Source: the human T2T-CHM13v2.0 reference genome, Homo sapiens
Direction: 5' to 3' (one strand)
NCBI RefSeq assembly: GCF_009914755.1
Contig: NC_060946.1
Length of the DNA: 64,000 bases
Shown: piece by piece, positions 61,800 through 64,000 of the stretch
How the letters are laid out: every line of letters begins with the position of its first letter
Numbering within the stretch: position 1 is the stretch's first letter
Notes under the pieces: model-generated
Seen by the model: only the letters and a program-made list of their open reading frames with translations
What the model was told of the DNA's origin: nothing
The model's database searches: none
Translations under genes and position numbers: made by a program

Positions 61800-63585
61800 G
61801 TAAGTGTCAGGGAGCCTGGGCTCCTAGGTGTGCTCAGAACCCATGGACCAGGGGACCTGAGGAGGGAGGGTCTTTGGGAGTCCCTAGGGAGCCCCTCAGA
61901 GCCAGGACAGCCGGGATGAGGGAGCAGGAAGGGCTGTTTCTCAGCACCACCGGGCAGCAGATGATTGAAGGGGCTCATCAGGGGCGGCTGTCGGGAGCAT
62001 CCAACACCTTCGATTGCTGTCATTTCTCATGTGTGGGCACTTACTTCCCCACCGATGCTCTGCTCCTGTTTCTCTGCCTCGTGTCTCTGGGCTACATTCT
62101 TTGCATGACCTGAGTCCAAGGAGCAGCCTCAGACTGGAAGCTTCAGAAGGGCTCCAGCTCATTCCTGTTTTCCTGGACGGAGAAGACAAGATGCCCGGAG
62201 ACTGAGCAGGGTTTGGAGGGAGGTCGCCTGATAGTGACCCGGTGGAGCTCCCTGGAATTCTCAGAGGGACTCCCATCTCTTGGGCAGCCCTGCCTTGTTG
62301 GGGTAACCTGGAGATGGAGGTGGGCTCACCCTCCTCTTCCTGGCCAGCCCCTCTTGCCTGCACCCCCATATGGTCTTCCCAGAGTGAGCTCATCCACCTC
62401 GTCATGCCTGACTGCAGCTTCAGCACAGCACAGTCCCCAAAATGTCAAGGTGATTCACTCCCAGGAGTCGCTGCTGAATCCCTGCTGCTGCGAGGTTGGG
62501 TTCTCTGGCTTCCTGGTGGTGGGAGAGGGCACGCTTGGCCCTCCAGGGCAGTGCCCCATCCTGGGCTGGCAGGACCTTGACCTGGGGCCCCAGAACAGAC
62601 CAGCAGGTGACCTGAGACACCTGCTGTTGTCTAAGCTCCAGTGCTTTCTTGGGGAGGCTGGGGCCTTGGACCTATAGAAGATGCCCCAGGTAAAAGGAGA
62701 GGGGCCAGATTTTATTCAGCATTGCCATCCATGGCCTTGCATATTCACTCACCAGAACATTCAGGAAACCCACACTGCACCAGGCCCTGAGCCAAGTGCT
62801 AGGAACAGAGCAGTGAGTAAGGCCCAGCCCCTGTCCTCGAGGAGCTCACAGGCTCGTGGGGAAGATGGGCTGACAGCAGTCTGACCATACAGCACCTTAG
62901 GTGCCATGATAGAAGGGAGCCCAGAGAAGGCTCCCGATCCAGCCTGGAGGAGGGATGGGGAGGTGGGAGGCTTCCTGGAGGAGGTGATGCCAGAATTGAG
63001 CCTTAAAGACTCAGGGAGGTGAGCAGGGAAAGAGCCTCTTGGGCAGGGGTGGCTCACAGAGCCCCTGAAGCTGGCCAGGATCCTGCAGTGTGGGAGCCAC
63101 AAGCCCCTGGGGTTGCAAGAGGAGTCTCCAGTTCCCGGGAGGGGCTGGAGGATGCTCCATCTGCTCTCGCTGTGGGGTTAAGGGTGGCTAAGGGTACAGT
63201 TGGGGTAAAGCACGATGCTCCCCGAGCTCATTGTGAAATGGGGGACAGTGACAGCACCTTGCTCCTGGGCTCTCAGGAGGGTTAGGTGAGACAGAGCCTG
63301 AAGCCTGCATGTCCTTGGCACACAGTGAGTACTCAGTACATGTGCCCTGCTACTATTATTGCTGCTATTATTGGGTCTCAGGTGGCCCTGTCACAGGACG
63401 ATGAGTGCTGGCGAGAGGCTGAAAGGGCTGAGTTTTTTCAGACACTGGGAAGGGTCCAGAGAGCAAAGTCAGGACAAATGCACTGCTATGTCACCTGCAG
63501 GGTCACCTCCTGTGAGGACCCTGAACCCCAGAAAGGTGAGGGGTCCTTGGCCTTCAAGCCCAGGCCCTAGTGCTCCTTCTTTAAA

Positions 63586-64000
63586 TTTTCTTTCTTTTTT
63601 TTTTTTTTAATTTTAGAGACAAGGTCTGGCTCTGTTGCCCAGGCTGGAGTGCTGTGGTGCAATCATAGCTCGCTGCAGCCTTGATCTCCTGGGCTCAAGC
63701 GATCATCCCCCCTCAGCTTCCTGAGTAGCTGGGACTATAGGCATGCACCACCATGCCTGGCTAATGTTTAAATTTTTTTTTGAGACAGTGTCTTGCTATA
63801 TTTGCCAGGCTGGTCTCAAACTCCTGGACTCAAGTGATCCTCCTGCCTTGGCTTCCCAAAGCACTGGGATTACAGGCATGAGCCGCAGCCCCCGGCCCCC
63901 AGTGCTTTTTTTTAAGACGGAGTCTTGCTCTTGTTGCCCAGCCTGGAGTGCAATGGCCTGATCTTGGCTCACTGCAACCTCTGCCTTCCGGGTTCAAGTG
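63586..64000 (-). mobile_element. AluJ (to about 63896) plus part of a second antisense Alu running off the window
   Basis: Two poly-T-led antisense Alus. Confidence 0.88.

Noticed and set aside
61940-61960. Full RE1 site CTCAGCACCACCGGGCAGCAG
   Set aside because: Spacer is 3 nt rather than 2 and the right half is degenerate.

Overview
Human (primate) genomic DNA, GC-rich and Alu-dense. It covers an internal part of CACNA1I (T-type Ca2+ channel Cav3.3 alpha-1I) on the + strand: the 3' part of intron 1, six coding exons (my numbering 2-7, encoding most of repeat I from S1 through the S4 voltage sensor and pore loop into S6) and the start of the next intron. The exons join in frame (112+134+98+160+316+93 nt). 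The first intron ends in a minor-spliceosome (U12, AT-AC type) acceptor. Everything else is intronic: about 30 Alus (one a pristine AluYa5), old L1/L2/MIR fragments, MaLR LTRs, DNA transposon relics and several long simple repeats/VNTRs. Nearly all ORFs in the supplied track are spurious. Best leads: (1) a non-Alu 111-bp near-perfect inverted repeat 2.3 kb apart in intron 4; (2) two candidate poison cryptic exons abutting long UG arrays, the arrangement seen at TDP-43-repressed exons; (3) a young AluYa5 90 bp from an inverted AluY; (4) three near-perfect RFX X-boxes and several TAATTA islands that look like neuronal enhancers. I see no evidence for a wholly new biological system. The findings are sequence-based hypotheses, and repeat subfamily names come from recalled consensus motifs, not a database search.
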